Part shown: one piece after another, positions 12,401-27,400 of the stretch
How the letters are laid out: each line of letters opens with the position of its first letter
Position numbering within the stretch: position 1 is the stretch's first letter
Assembly: GCA_964016885.1 (NCBI GenBank)
Contig: OZ024756.1
Location: forward strand, 11,346,001-11,410,000
DNA from: Eledone cirrhosa
Taxonomy: Eukaryota
DNA: 64,000 nucleotides
Direction: 5' to 3'
Made by a program: the position numbers and the translations under genes
The notes under the pieces: generated by a model
The model's input: the letters and a program-made list of their open reading frames with translations, nothing else
Database searches by the model: none
What the model was told of the DNA's origin: nothing

Positions 12401-15400
12401 GGCAAAGACAGAGGCAAACAGAGTCTCGGTAAAATGAAAGCTGTGGTGCAAGGGAAGAACGACTTTCTAGGCAAAGACAGAGGCAAACAGAGTCTCGGCA
12501 AAATGAAAGCTATGGTGCAAGGGAAGAACGACTTTCTAGGCAAAGACAGAGGCAAACAGAGTCTCGGCAAAATGAAAGCTGTGGTGCAAGAGAAGAACGA
12601 CTTTCTAGGCAAAGACAGAGGCAAACAGAGTCTCGGCAAAATGAAAGCTGTGGTGCAAGGGAAGAACGACTTTCTAGGCAAAGAAAGAGGCAAACAGAGT
12701 CTCGGTAAAATGAAAGCTGTGGTGCAAGGGAAGAACGACTTTCTAGGCAAAGACAGAGGCAAACAGAGTCTCGGCAAAATGAAAGCTGTAGTGCAAGGGA
12801 AGAACGACTTTCTAGGCAAAGACAGAGGCAAACAGAGTCTCGGCAAAATGAAAGCTGTGGTGCAAGGGAAGAACGACTTTCTAGGCAAAGACAGAGGCAA
12901 ACAGAGTCTCGGTAACATGAAAGCTGTGGTGCAAGGGAAGAACGACTTTCTAGGCAAAGACAGAGGCAAACAGAGTCTCGGCAAAATGAAAGCTGTGGTG
13001 CAAGGGAAGAACGACTTTCTAGGCAAAGACAGAGGCAAACAGAGTCTCGGCAAAATGAAAGCTGTGGTGCAAGGGAAGAACGACTTTCTAGGCAAAGACA
13101 GAGGCAAACAGAGTCTCGGTAACATGAAAGCTGTGGTGCAAGGGAAGAACGACTTTCTAGGCAAAGACAGAGGCAAACAGAGTCTCGGCAAAATGAAAGC
13201 TGTGGTGCAAGGGAAGAACGACTTTCTAGGCAAAAACAGAGGCAAACAGAGTCTCGGTAAAATGAAAGCTGTGGTGCAAGGGAAGAACGACTTTATAGTC
13301 AAAGACAGAGGCAAACAGAGTCTCGGTAAAATGAAAGCTGTGGTGCATTGAAGAACGACTTTATAGTCAAAGACAGAGGCAAACAGAGTCTCAGTAAAAT
13401 GAAAGCTGTGGTGCAAGGGAAGAACGACTTTTTAGGCAAAGACAGAGGCAAACAGAGTCTCGGTAAAATGAAAGCTGTGCTGCAAGGGAAGAACGACTTT
13501 TTAGGCAAAGACAGAGGCAAACAGAGTCTCGGTAAAATGAAAGCTGTGGTGCAAGGTAAGAACGACTTTCTAGGCAAAGACAGAGGCAAACAGAGTCTCG
13601 GCAAAATGAAAGCTGTGGTGCAAGGGAGGAACGACTTTCTAGGCAAAGACAGAGGCAAACAGAGTCTCGGTAAAATGAAAGCTATGGTGCAAGGGAAGAA
13701 CGACTTTCTAGGCAAAGACAGAGGCAAACAGAGTCTCGGCAAAATGAAAGCTGTGATGCAAGGGAAGAACGACTTTCTAGGCAAAGACAGAGGCAAACAG
13801 AGTCTCGGCAAAATGAAAGCTGTGGTGCAAGGGAAGAACGACTTTCTAGGCTAAGACAGAGGCAAACAGAGTCTCGGTAAAATGAAAGCTGTGGTGCAAG
13901 GGAAGAACGACTTTCTAGGCAAAGACAGAGGCAAACAGAGTCTCGGCAAAATGAAAGCTGTGGTGCAAGAGAAGAACGACTTTCTAGGCAAAGACAGAGG
14001 CAAACAGAGTCTCGGCAAAATGAAAGCTGTGGTGCAAGGGAGGAACGACTTTCTAGGCAAAGACAGAGGCAAACAGAGTCTCGGCAAAATAAAAGCTGTG
14101 GTGCAAGGGAAGAACGACTTTATAGTCAAAGACAGAGCCAAACAGAGTCTCAGGAAAATGAAAGCTGTGGTGCAAGGGAAGAACGACTTTATAGTCAAAG
14201 ACAGAGGCAAACAGAGTCTCGGTAAAATGAAAGCTGTGGTGCAAGGGAAGAACGACTTTATAGTCAAAGACAGAGGCAAACAGAGTCTCGGTAAAATGAA
14301 AGCTGTGGTGCAAGGGAAGAACGACTTTCTAGGCAAAGACAGAGGCAAACAGAGTCTCGGCAAAATGAAAGCTGTGGTGCAAGGGAAGAACGACTTTCTA
14401 GGCAAAGACAGAGGCAAACGGAGTCTCGGTAAAATGAAAGCTGTGGTGCAAGGGAAGAACGACTTTATAGTCAAAGACAGAGGCAAACAGAGTCTCGGTA
14501 AAATGAAAGCTGTGGTGCAAGGGAAGAACGACTTTATAGTCAAAGACAGAGGCAAACAGAGTCTCAGTAAAATGAAAGCTGTGGTGCAAGGGAAGAACGA
14601 CTTTATAGTCAAAGACAGAGGCAAACAGAGTCTCGGCAAAATGAAAGCTGTGATGCAAGGGAAGAACGACTTTTTAGGCAAAGACAGAGGCAAACAGAGT
14701 CTCGGTAAAATGAAGGCTGTGGTGCAAGGGAAGAACGACTTTTTAGGCAAAGACAGAGGCAAACAGAGTCTCGGCAAAATGAAAGCTGTGGTGCAAGGGA
14801 AGAACGACTTTCTAGACAAAGACAGAGGCAAACGGAGTCTCGGTAAAATGAAAGCTGTGGTGCAAGGGAAGAACGACTTTATAGTCAAAGACAGAGGCAA
14901 ACAGAGTCTCGGTAAAATGAAAGCTGTGGTGCAAGGGAAGAACGACTTTATAGTCAAAGACAGAGGCAAACAGAGTCTCAGTAAAATGAAAGCTGTGGTG
15001 CAAGGGAAGAACGACTTTATAGTCAAAGACAGAGGCAAACAGAGTCTCGGCAAAATGAAAGCTGTGATGCAAGGGAAGAACGACTTTTTAGGCAAAGACA
15101 GAGGCAAACAGAGTCTCGGTAAAATGAAAGCTGTGGTGCAAGGGAAGAACGACTTTTTAGGCAAAGACAGAGGCAAACAGAGTCTCGGTAAAATGAAAGC
15201 TGTGGTGCAAGGGAAGAACGACTTTCTAGGCAAAGACAGAGGCAAACAGAGTCTCGGCAAAATGAAAGCTGTGGTGCAAGGGAAGAACGACTTTCTAGGC
15301 AAAGACAGAGGCAAACAGAGTCTCGGTAAAATGAAAGCTGTGGTGCAAGGGAAGAACGACTTTCTAGGCAAAGACAGAGGCAAACAGAGTCTCGGCAAAA

Positions 15401-18400
15401 TGAAAGCTGTGGTGCAAGGGAAGAACGACTTTCTAGGCAAAGACAGAGGCAAACAGAGTCTCGGCAAAATGAAAGCTGTGGTGCAAGGGAAGAACGACTT
15501 TCTAGGCAAAGACAGAGGCAAACAGAGTCTCGGCAAAATGAAAGCTGTGGTGCAAGGGAAGAACGACTTTATAGTCAAAGAGAGAGGCAAACAGAGTCTC
15601 GGTAAAATGAAAGCTGTGGTGCAAGGGAAGAACGACTTTATAGTCAAAGACAGAAGCAAACAGAGTCTCAGTAAAATGAAAGCTGTGGTGCAAGGGAAGA
15701 ACGACTTTCTAGGCAAAGACAGAGGCAAACAGAGTCTCGGCAAAATGAAAGCTGTGGTGCAAGGGAAGAACGACTTTCTAGGCAAAGACAGAGGCAAACA
15801 GAGTCTCGGTAAAATGAAAGCTGTGATGCAAGGGAAGAACGACTTTTTAGGCAAAGACAGAGGCAAACAGAGTCTCGGCAAAATGAAAGCTGTGATGCAA
15901 GGGAAGAACGACTTTCTAGGCAAAGACAGAGGCAAACAGAGTCTCGGCAAGATGAAAGCTGTGATGCAAGGGAAGAACGACTTTTTAGGCAAAGACAGAG
16001 GCAGACAGAGTATCGGTAAAATGAAAGCTGTGGTGCAAGGGAAGAACGACTTTATAGTCAAAGACAGAGGCAAACAGAGTCTCGGTAAAATGAAAGCTGT
16101 GATGCAAGGGAAGAACGACTTTCTAGGCAAAGACAGAGTCTCGGCAAAATGAAAGCTGTAGTGCAAGGGAAGAACGACTTTCTAGGCAAAGACAGAGGCA
16201 AACAGAGTCTCGGTAAAATGAAAGCTGTGGTGCAAGGGAAGAACGACTTTATAGTCAAAGACAGAGGCAAACAGAGTCTCGGTAAAATGAAAGCTGTGGT
16301 GCAAGGGAAGAACGACTTTATAGTCAAAGACAGAGGCAAACAGAGTCTCAGTAAAATGAAAGCTGTGGTGCAAGGGAAGAACGACTTTATAGTCAAAGAC
16401 AGAGGCAAACAGAGTCTCGGTAAAATGAAAGCTGTGGTGCAAGGGAAGAACGACTTTTTAGTCAAAGACAGAGGCAAACAGAGTCTCGGTAAAATGAAAG
16501 CTGTGGTGCAAGGGAAGAACGACTTTATAGTCAAAGACAGAGGCAAACAGAGTCTCGGTAAAATGAAAGCTGTGGTGCAAGGGAAGAACGACTTTCTAGG
16601 CAAAGACAGAGGCAAACAGAGTCTCGGCAAAATGAAAGCTGTGGTGCAAGGGAAGAACGACTTTCTAGGCAAAGACAGAGGCAAACAGAGTCCCGGCAAA
16701 ATGAAAGCTGTGGTGCAAGGGAAGAACGACTTTCTAGGCAAAGACAGAGACAAACAGAGTCCGGGCAAAATGAAAGCTGTGGTGCAAGGGAAGGACGACT
16801 TTCTAGGCAAAGACAGAGGCAAACAGAGTCTCGGCAAAATGAAAGCTGTGGTGCAAGGGAAGAACGACTTTCTAGGCAAAGACAGAGGCAAACAGAGTCT
16901 CGGCAAAATGAAAGCTGTGGTGCAAGGGAAGAACGACTTTCTAGGCAAAGACAGAGGCAAACAGAGTCTCGGCAAAATGAAAGCTGTGGTGCAAGGGAAG
17001 AACGACTTTCTAGGCAAAGACAGAGGCAAACAGAGTCCCGGCAAAATGAAAGCTGTGGTGCAAGGGAAGAACGACTTTCTAGGCAAAGACAGAGACAAAC
17101 AGAGTCCGGGCAAAATGAAAGCTGTGGTGCAAGGGAAGGACGACTTTCTAGGCAAAGACAGAGGCAAACAGAGTCTCGGTAAAATGAAAGCTGTGGTGCA
17201 AGGGAAGAACGACTTTCTAGGCAAAGACAGAGGCAAACAGAGTCTCGGCAAAATGAAAGCTGTGGTGCAAGGGAAGAACGACTTTCTAGGCAAAGACAGA
17301 GGCAAACAGAGTCTCGGCAAAATGAAAGCTGTGGTGCAAGAGAAGAACGACTTTCTAGGCAAAGACAGAGGCAAACAGAGTCTCGGCAAAATGAAAGCTG
17401 TGGTGCAAGGGAAGAACGACTTTCTAGGCAAAGAAAGAGGCAAACAGAGTCTCGGTAAAATGAAAGCTGTGGTGCAAGGGAAGAACGACTTTCTAGGCAA
17501 AGACAGAGGCAAACAGAGTCTCGGCAAAATGAAAGCTGTAGTGCAAGGGAAGAACGACTTTCTAGGCAAAGACAGAGGCAAACAGAGTCTCGGCAAAATG
17601 AAAGCTGTGGTGCAAGGGAAGAACGACTTTCTAGGCAAAGACAGAGGCAAACAGAGTCTCGGTAACATGAAAGCTGTGGTGCAAGGGAAGAACGACTTTC
17701 TAGGCAAAGACAGAGGCAAACAGAGTCTCGGCAAAATGAAAGCTGTGGTGCAAGGGAAGAACGACTTTCTAGGCAAAGACAGAGGCAAACAGAGTCTCGG
17801 CAAAATGAAAGCTGTGGTGCAAGGGAAGAACGACTTTCTAGGCAAAGACAGAGGCAAACAGAGTCTCGGTAACATGAAAGCTGTGGTGCAAGGGAAGAAC
17901 GACTTTCTAGGCAAAGACAGAGGCAAACAGAGTCTCGGCAAAATGAAAGCTGTGGTGCAAGGGAAGAACGACTTTCTAGGCAAAAACAGAGGCAAACAGA
18001 GTCTCGGTAAAATGAAAGCTGTGGTGCAAGGGAAGAACGACTTTATAGTCAAAGACAGAGGCAAACAGAGTCTCGGTAAAATGAAAGCTGTGGTGCATTG
18101 AAGAACGACTTTATAGTCAAAGACAGAGGCAAACAGAGTCTCAGTAAAATGAAAGCTGTGGTGCAAGGGAAGAACGACTTTTTAGGCAAAGACAGAGGCA
18201 AACAGAGTCTCGGTAAAATGAAAGCTGTGCTGCAAGGGAAGAACGACTTTTTAGGCAAAGACAGAGGCAAACAGAGTCTCGGTAAAATGAAAGCTGTGGT
18301 GCAAGGTAAGAACGACTTTCTAGGCAAAGACAGAGGCAAACAGAGTCTCGGCAAAATGAAAGCTGTGGTGCAAGGGAGGAACGACTTTCTAGGCAAAGAC

Positions 18401-21400
18401 AGAGGCAAACAGAGTCTCGGTAAAATGAAAGCTATGGTGCAAGGGAAGAACGACTTTCTAGGCAAAGACAGAGGCAAACAGAGTCTCGGCAAAATGAAAG
18501 CTGTGATGCAAGGGAAGAACGACTTTCTAGGCAAAGACAGAGGCAAACAGAGTCTCGGCAAAATGAAAGCTGTGGTGCAAGGGAAGAACGACTTTCTAGG
18601 CTAAGACAGAGGCAAACAGAGTCTCGGTAAAATGAAAGCTGTGGTGCAAGGGAAGAACGACTTTCTAGGCAAAGACAGAGGCAAACAGAGTCTCGGCAAA
18701 ATGAAAGCTGTGGTGCAAGAGAAGAACGACTTTCTAGGCAAAGACAGAGGCAAACAGAGTCTCGGCAAAATGAAAGCTGTGGTGCAAGGGAGGAACGACT
18801 TTCTAGGCAAAGACAGAGGCAAACAGAGTCTCGGCAAAATAAAAGCTGTGGTGCAAGGGAAGAACGACTTTATAGTCAAAGACAGAGCCAAACAGAGTCT
18901 CAGGAAAATGAAAGCTGTGGTGCAAGGGAAGAACGACTTTATAGTCAAAGACAGAGGCAAACAGAGTCTCGGCAAAATGAAAGCTGTGGTGCAAGGGAAG
19001 AACGACTTTCTAGGCAAAGACAGAGGCAAACAGAGTCTCGGCAAAATGAAAGCTGTGGTGCAAGGGAAGAACGACTTTCTAGGCAAAGACAGAGGCAAAC
19101 AGAGTCTCGGTAAAATGAAAGCTGTGGTGCAAGGGAAGAACGACTTTCTAGGCAAAGACAGAGGCAAACAGAGTCTCGGCAAAATGAAAGCTGTGGTGCA
19201 AGGGAAGAACGACTTTATAGTCAAAGACAGAGCCAAACAGAGTCTCGGTAAAATGAAAGCTGTGGTGCAAGGGAAGAACGACTTTCTAGGCAAAGACAGA
19301 GGCAAACAGAGTCTCGGCAAAATGAAAGCTGTGGTGCAAGGGAAGAACGACTTTCTAGGCAAAGACAGAGGCAAACAGAGTCTCGGCAAAATGAAAGCTG
19401 TGGTGCAAGAGAAGAACGACTTTCTAGGCAAAGACAGAGGCAAACAGAGTCTCGGCAAAATGAAAGCTGTGGTGCAAGGGAAGAACGACTTTCTAGGCAA
19501 AGAAAGAGGCAAACAGAGTCTCGGTAAAATGAAAGCTGTGGTGCAAGGGAAGAACGACTTTCTAGGCAAAGACAGAGGCAAACAGAGTCTCGGCAAAATG
19601 AAAGCTGTAGTGCAAGGGAAGAACGACTTTCTAGGCAAAGACAGAGGCAAACAGAGTCTCGGCAAAATGAAAGCTGTGGTGCAAGGGAAGAACGACTTTC
19701 TAGGCAAAGACAGAGGCAAACAGAGTCTCGGTAACATGAAAGCTGTGGTGCAAGGGAAGAACGACTTTCTAGGCAAAGACAGAGGCAAACAGAGTCTCGG
19801 CAAAATGAAAGCTGTGGTGCAAGGGAAGAACGACTTTCTAGGCAAAGACAGAGGCAAACAGAGTCTCGGCAAAATGAAAGCTGTGGTGCAAGGGAAGAAC
19901 GACTTTCTAGGCAAAGACAGAGGCAAACAGAGTCTCGGTAACATGAAAGCTGTGGTGCAAGGGAAGAACGACTTTCTAGGCAAAGACAGAGGCAAACAGA
20001 GTCTCGGCAAAATGAAAGCTGTGGTGCAAGGGAAGAACGACTTTCTAGGCAAAAACAGAGGCAAACAGAGTCTCGGTAAAATGAAAGCTGTGGTGCAAGG
20101 GAAGAACGACTTTATAGTCAAAGACAGAGGCAAACAGAGTCTCGGTAAAATGAAAGCTGTGGTGCATTGAAGAACGACTTTATAGTCAAAGACAGAGGCA
20201 AACAGAGTCTCAGTAAAATGAAAGCTGTGGTGCAAGGGAAGAACGACTTTTTAGGCAAAGACAGAGGCAAACAGAGTCTCGGTAAAATGAAAGCTGTGCT
20301 GCAAGGGAAGAACGACTTTTTAGGCAAAGACAGAGGCAAACAGAGTCTCGGTAAAATGAAAGCTGTGGTGCAAGGTAAGAACGACTTTCTAGGCAAAGAC
20401 AGAGGCAAACAGAGTCTCGGCAAAATGAAAGCTGTGGTGCAAGGGAGGAACGACTTTCTAGGCAAAGACAGAGGCAAACAGAGTCTCGGTAAAATGAAAG
20501 CTATGGTGCAAGGGAAGAACGACTTTCTAGGCAAAGACAGAGGCAAACAGAGTCTCGGCAAAATGAAAGCTGTGATGCAAGGGAAGAACGACTTTCTAGG
20601 CAAAGACAGAGGCAAACAGAGTCTCGGCAAAATGAAAGCTGTGGTGCAAGGGAAGAACGACTTTCTAGGCTAAGACAGAGGAAAACAGAGTCTCGGTAAA
20701 ATGAAAGCTGTGGTGCAAGGGAAGAACGACTTTCTAGGCAAAGACAGAGGCAAACAGAGTCTCGGCAAAATGAAAGCTGTGGTGCAAGAGAAGAACGACT
20801 TTCTAGGCAAAGACAGAGGCAAACAGAGTCTCGGCAAAATGAAAGCTGTGGTGCAAGGGAGGAACGACTTTCTAGGCAAAGACAGAGGCAAACAGAGTCT
20901 CGGCAAAATAAAAGCTGTGGTGCAAGGGAAGAACGACTTTATAGTCAAAGACAGAGCCAAACAGAGTCTCAGGAAAATGAAAGCTGTGGTGCAAGGGAAG
21001 AACGACTTTATAGTCAAAGACAGAGGCAAACAGAGTCTCGGCAAAATGAAAGCTGTGGTGCAAGGGAAGAACGACTTTCTAGGCAAAGACAGAGGCAAAC
21101 AGAGTCTCGGCAAAATGAAAGCTGTGGTGCAAGGGAAGAACGACTTTCTAGGCAAAGACAGAGGCAAACAGAGTCTCGGTAAAATGAAAGCTGTGGTGCA
21201 AGGGAAGAACGACTTTCTAGGCAAAGACAGAGGCAAACAGAGTCTCGGCAAAATGAAAGCTGTGGTGCAAGGGAAGAACGACTTTATAGTCAAAGACAGA
21301 GCCAAACAGAGTCTCGGTAAAATGAAAGCTGTGGTGCAAGGGAAGAACGACTTTATAGTCAAAGACAGAGGCAAACAGAGTCTCGGTAAAATGAAAGCTG

Positions 21401-24400
21401 TGGTGCAAGGGAAGAACGACTTTCTAGGCAAAGACAGAGGCAAACAGAGTCTCGGCAAAATGAAAGCTGTGGTGCAAGGGAAGAACGACTTTCTAGGCAA
21501 AGACAGAGGCAAACAGAGTCTCGGCAAAATGAAAGCTGTGGTGCAAGGGAAGAACGACTTTCTAGGCAAAGACAGAGGCAAACAGAGTCTCGGTAAAATG
21601 AAAGCTGTGGTGCAAGGGAAGAACGACTTTCTAGGCAAAGACAGAGGCAAACAGAGTCTCGGCAAAATGAAAGCTGTGGTGCAAGGGAAGAACGACTTTA
21701 TAGTCAAAGACAGAGCCAAACAGATTCTCGGTAAAATGAAAGCTGTGGTGCAAGGGAAGAACGACTTTATAGTCAAAGACAGAGGCAAACAGAGTCTCGG
21801 TAAAATGAAAGCTGTGGTGCAAGGGAAGAACGAGTTTCTAGGCAAAGAGAGAGGCAAACAGAGTCACGGCAAAATGAAAGCTGTGGTGCAAGGGAAGAAC
21901 GACTTTCTAGGCAAAGACAGAGGCAAACAGAGTCTCGGTAAAATGAAAGCTGTGGTGCAAGGGAAGAACGACTTTCTAGGCAAAGACAGAGGCAAACAGA
22001 GTCTCGGCAAAATGAAAGCTGTGGTGCAAGGGAAGAACGACTTTCTAGACAAAGACAGAGGCAAACAGAGTCCGGGCAAAATGAAAGCTGTGGTGCAAGG
22101 GAAGAACGACTTTCTAGGCAAAGACAGAGGCAAACAGAGTCTCGGTAAAATGAAAGCTGTGGTGCAAGAGAAGAACGACTTTCTAGGCAAAGACAGAGGC
22201 AAACAGAGTCTCGGTAAAATGAAAGCTGTGGTGCAAGGGAAGAACGACTTTCTAGGCAAAGACAGAGGCAAACAGAGTCTCGGCAAAATGAAAGCTGTGG
22301 TGCAAGGGAAGAACGACTTTCTAGGCAAAGACAGAGGCAAACAGAGTCTCGGTAAAATGAAAGCTGTGATGCAAGGGAAGAACGACTTTCTAGGCAAAGA
22401 CAGAGGCAAACAGAGTCTCGGCAAAATGAAAGCTGTGGTGCAAGGGAAGAACGACTTTCTAGGCAAAGACAGAGGCAAACAGAGTCTCGGCAAAATGAAA
22501 GCTGTGGTGCAAGGGAAGAACGACTTTCTAGGCAAAAACAGAGGCAAACAGAGTCTCGGTAAAATGAAAGCTGTGGTGCAAGGGAAGAACGACTTTCTAG
22601 GCAAAAACAGAGGCAAACAGAGTCTCGGTAAAATGAAAGCTGTGGTGCAAGGGAAGAACGACTTTATAGTCAAAGACAGAGGCAAACAGAGTCTCGGCAA
22701 AATGAAAGCTGTGGTGCAAGGGAAGAACGACTTTCTAGGCAAAGACAGAGGCAAACAGAGTCTCGGTAAAATGAAAGCTGTGATGCAAGGGAAGAACGAC
22801 TTTCTAGGCAAAAACAGAGGCAAACAGAGTCTCGGTAAAATGAAAGCTGTGGTGCAAGGGAAGAACGACTTTATAGTCAAAGACAGAGGCAAACAGAGTC
22901 TCGGCAAAATGAAAGCTGTGGTGCAAGGGAAGAACGACTTTCTAGGCAAAGACAGAGGCAAACAGAGTCTCGGTAAAATGAAAGCTGTGATGCAAGGGAA
23001 GAACGACTTTATAGTCAAAGACAGAGGCAAACAGAGTCTCGGCAAAATGAAAGCTGTGGTGCAAGGGAAGAACGACTTTCTAGGCAAAGACAGAGGCAAA
23101 CAGAGTCTCGGTAAAATGAAAGCTGTGATGCAAGGGAAGAACGACTTTCTAGGCAAAGACAGAGGCAAACAGAGTCTCGGCAAAATGAAAGCTGTGGTGC
23201 AAGGGAAGAACGACTTTCTAGGCAAAGACAGAGGCAAACAGAGTCTCGGTAAAATGAAAGCTGTGATGCAAGGGAAGAACGACTTTATAGTCAAAGACAG
23301 AGGCAAACAGAGTCTCGGCAAAATGAAAGCTGTGGTGCAAGGGAAGAACGACTTTCTAGGCAAAGACAGAGGCAAACAGAGTCTCGGTAAAATGAAAGCT
23401 GTGATGCAAGGGAAGAACGACTTTATAGTCAAAGACAGAGGCAAACAGAGTCTCGGCAAAATGAAAGCTGTGGTGCAAGGGAAGAACGACTTTCTAGGCA
23501 AAAACAGAGGCAAACAGAGTCTCGGTAAAATGAAAGCTGTGGTGCAAGGGAAGAACGACTTTATAGTCAAAGACAGAGGCAAACAGAGTCTCGGCAAAAT
23601 GAAAGCTGTGGTGCAAGGGAAGAACGACTTTCTAGGCAAAGACAGAGGCAAACAGAGTCTCGGTAAAATGAAAGCTGTGATGCAAGGGAAGAACGACTTT
23701 CTAGGCAAAGACAGAGGCAAACAGAGTCTCGGTAAAATGAAAGCTGTGGTGCAAGGGAAGAACGACTTTCTAGGCAAAGACAGAGGCAAACAGAGTCTCG
23801 GCAAAATGAAAGCTGTGGTGCAAGGGAAGAACGACTTTCTAGGCAAAAACAGAGGCAAACAGAGTCTCGGTAAAATGAAAGCTGTGGTGCAAGGGAAGAA
23901 CGACTTTATAGTCAAAGACAGAGGCAAACAGAGTCTCGGTAAAATGAAAGCTGTGGTGCAAGGGAAGAACGACTTTATAGTCAAAGACAGAGGCAAACAG
24001 AGTCTCGGTAAAATGAAAGCTGTGGTGCAAGGGAAGAACGACTTTCTAGGCAAAGACAGAGGCAAACAGAGTCTCGGCAAAATGAAAGCTGTGGTGCAAG
24101 GGAAGAACGATTTTATAGTCAAAGACAGAGGCAAACAGAGTCTCGGCAAAATGAAAGCTGTGGTGCAAGGGAAGAACGACTTTCTAGGCAAAGACAGAGG
24201 CAAACAGAGTCTCGGTAAAATGAAAGCTGTGGTGCAAGGGAAGAACGACTTTCTAGGCAAAGACAGAGGCAAACAGAGTCTCGGCAAAATGAAAAGCTGT
24301 GGTGCAAGGGAAGAACGACTTTCTAGGCAAAAACAGAGGCAAACAGAGTCTCGGTAAAATGAAAGCTGTGGTGCAAGGGAAGAACGACTTTATAGTCAAA

Positions 24401-27400
24401 GACAGAGGCAAACAGAGTCTCGGCAAAATGAAAGCTGTGGTGCAAGGGAAGAACGACTTTCTAGACAAAGACAGAGGCAAACAGAGTCCGGGCAAAATGA
24501 AAGCTGTGGTGCAAGGGAAGAACGACTTTCTAGGCAAAGACAGAGGCAAACAGAGTCTCGGTAAAATGAAAGCTGTGGTGCAAGAGAAGAACGACTTTCT
24601 AGGCAAAGACAGAGGCAAACAGATTCTCGGTAAAATGAAAGGTGTGGTGCAAGGGAAGAACGACTTTCTAGGCAAAGACAGAGGCAAACAGAGTCTCGGT
24701 AAAATGAAAGCTGTGGTGCAAGGGAAGAACGACTTTATAGTCAAAGACAGAGGCAAACAGAGTCTCGGTAAAATGAAAGCTGTGGTGCAAGGGAAGAACG
24801 ACTTTCTAGGCAAAGACAGAGGCAAACAGAGTCTCGGTAAAATGAAAGCTGTGGTGCAAGAGAAGAACGACTTTCTAGGCAAAGACAGAGGCAAACAGAG
24901 TCTCGGTAAAATGAAAGCTGTGGTGCAAAGGAAGAACGACTTTCTAGGCAAAGACAGAGGCAAACAGAGTCTCGGCAAAATGAAAGCTGTGGTGCAAGGG
25001 AAGAAGGACTTTCTAGGCAAAGACAGAGGCAAACAGAGTCTCGGCAAAATGAAAGCTGTGGTGCAAGGGAAGAAGGACTTTCTAGGCAAAGACAGAGGCA
25101 AACAGAGTCTCGGCAAAATGAAAGCTGTGGTGCAAGGGAAGAAGGACTTTCTAGGCAAAGACAGAGGCAAACAGAGTCTCGGCAAAATGAAAGCTGTGAT
25201 GCAAGGGAAGAACGACTTTCTAGGCAAAGACAGAGGCAAACAGAGTCTCGGCAAAATGAAAGCTGTGGTGCAAGGGAAGAACGACTTTCTAGGCAAAGAC
25301 AGAGGCAAACAGAGTCTCGGCAAAATGAAAGCTGTGATGCAAGGGAAGAACGACTTTCTAGGCAAAGACAGAGGCAAACAGAGTCTCGGCAAAATGAAAG
25401 CTGTGGTGCAAGGGAAGAACGACTTTCTAGGCAAAGACAGAGGCAAACAGAGTCTCGGCAAAATGAAAGCTGTGGTGCAAGGGAAGAACGACTTTCTAGG
25501 CAAAGACAGAGGCAAACAGAGTCTCGGCAAAATGAAAGCTGTGATGCAAGGGAAGAACGACTTTCTAGGCAAAGACAGAGGCAAACAGAGTCTCGGCAAA
25601 ATGAAAGCTGTGGTGCAAGGGAAGAACGACTTTCTAGGCAAAGACAGAGGCAAACAGAGTCTCGGCAAAATGAAAGCTGTGATGCAAGGGAAGAATGACT
25701 TTCTAGGCAAAGACAGAGGCAAACAGAGTCTCGGCAAAATGAAAGCTGTGATGCAAGGGAAGAACGACTTTCTAGGCAAAGACAGAGGCAAACAGAGTCT
25801 CGGCAAAATGAAAGCTGTGGTGCAAGGGAAGAACGACTTTCTAGGCAAAGACAGAGGCAAACAGAGTCTCGGCAAAATGAAAGCTGTGGTGCAAGAGAAG
25901 AACGACTTTCTAGGCAAAGACAGAGGCAAACAGAGTCTCGGCAAAATGAAAGCTGTGGTGCAAGGGAAGAACGACTTTCTAGGCAAAGACAGAGGCAAAC
26001 AGAGTCTCGGCAAAATGAAAGCTGTGGTGCAAGGGAAGAACGACTTTATAGTCAAAGACAGAGGCAAACAGAGTCTCGGCAAAATGAAAGCTGTGGTGCA
26101 AGGGAAGAACGACTTTCTAGGCAAAGACAGAGGCAAACAGAGTCTCGGCAAAATGAAAGCTGTGGTGCAAGGGAAGAACGACTTTCTAGGCAAAGACAGA
26201 GGCAAACAGAGTCTCGGTAAAATGAAAGCTGTGGTGCAAGGGAAGAACGACTTTCTAGGCAAAGACAGAGGCAAACAGAGTCTCGGCAAAATGAAAGCTG
26301 TGGTGCAAGGGAAGAACGACTTTATAGTCAAAGACAGAGGCAAACAGAGTCTCGGCAAAATGAAAGCTGTGGTGCAAGGGAAGAACGACTTTATAGTCAA
26401 AGACAGAGCCAAACAGATTCTCGGTAAAATGAAAGCTGTGGTGCAAAGGAAGAACGACTTTATAGTCAAAGACAGAGGCAAACAGAGTCTCGGTAAAATG
26501 AAAGCTGTGGTGCAAGGGAAGAACGACTTTCTAGGCAAAGACAGAGGCAAACAGAGTCTCGGCAAAATGAAAGCTGTGGTGCAAGGGAAGAACGACTTTC
26601 TAGGCAAAGACAGAGGCAAACAGAGTCTCGGTAAAATGAAAGCTGTGGTGCAAGGGAAGAACGACTTTCTAGGCAAAGACAGAGGCAAACAGAGTCTCGG
26701 CAAAATGAAAGCTGTGGTGCAAGGGAAGAACGACTTTCTAGGCAAAGACAGAGGCAAACAGAGTCTCGGCAAAATGAAAGCTGTGGTGCAAGGGAAGAAC
26801 GACTTTCTAGACAAAGACAGAGGCAAACAGAGTCCGGGCAAAATGAAAGCTGTGGTGCAAGGGAAGAACGACTTTCTAGGCAAAGACAGAGGCAAACAGA
26901 GTCTCGGTAAAATGAAAGCTGTGGTGCAAGAGAAGAACGACTTTCTAGGCAAAGACAGAGGCAAACAGAGTCTCGGTAAAATGAAAGCTGTGGTGCAAGG
27001 GAAGAACGACTTTCTAGGCAAAGACAGAGGCAAACAGAGTCTCGGCAAAATGAAAGCTGTGGTGCAAGGGAAGAACGACTTTCTAGGCAAAGACAGAGGC
27101 AAACAGAGTCTCGGTAAAATGAAAGCTGTGATGCAAGGGAAGAACGACTTTCTAGGCAAAGACAGAGGCAAACAGAGTCTCGGCAAAATGAAAGCTGTGG
27201 TGCAAGGGAAGAACGACTTTCTAGGCAAAGACAGAGGCAAACAGAGTCTCGGCAAAATGAAAGCTGTGGTGCAAGGGAAGAACGACTTTCTAGGCAAAAA
27301 CAGAGGCAAACAGAGTCTCGGTAAAATGAAAGCTGTGGTGCAAGGGAAGAACGACTTTATAGTCAAAGACAGAGGCAAACAGAGTCTCGGCAAAATGAAA

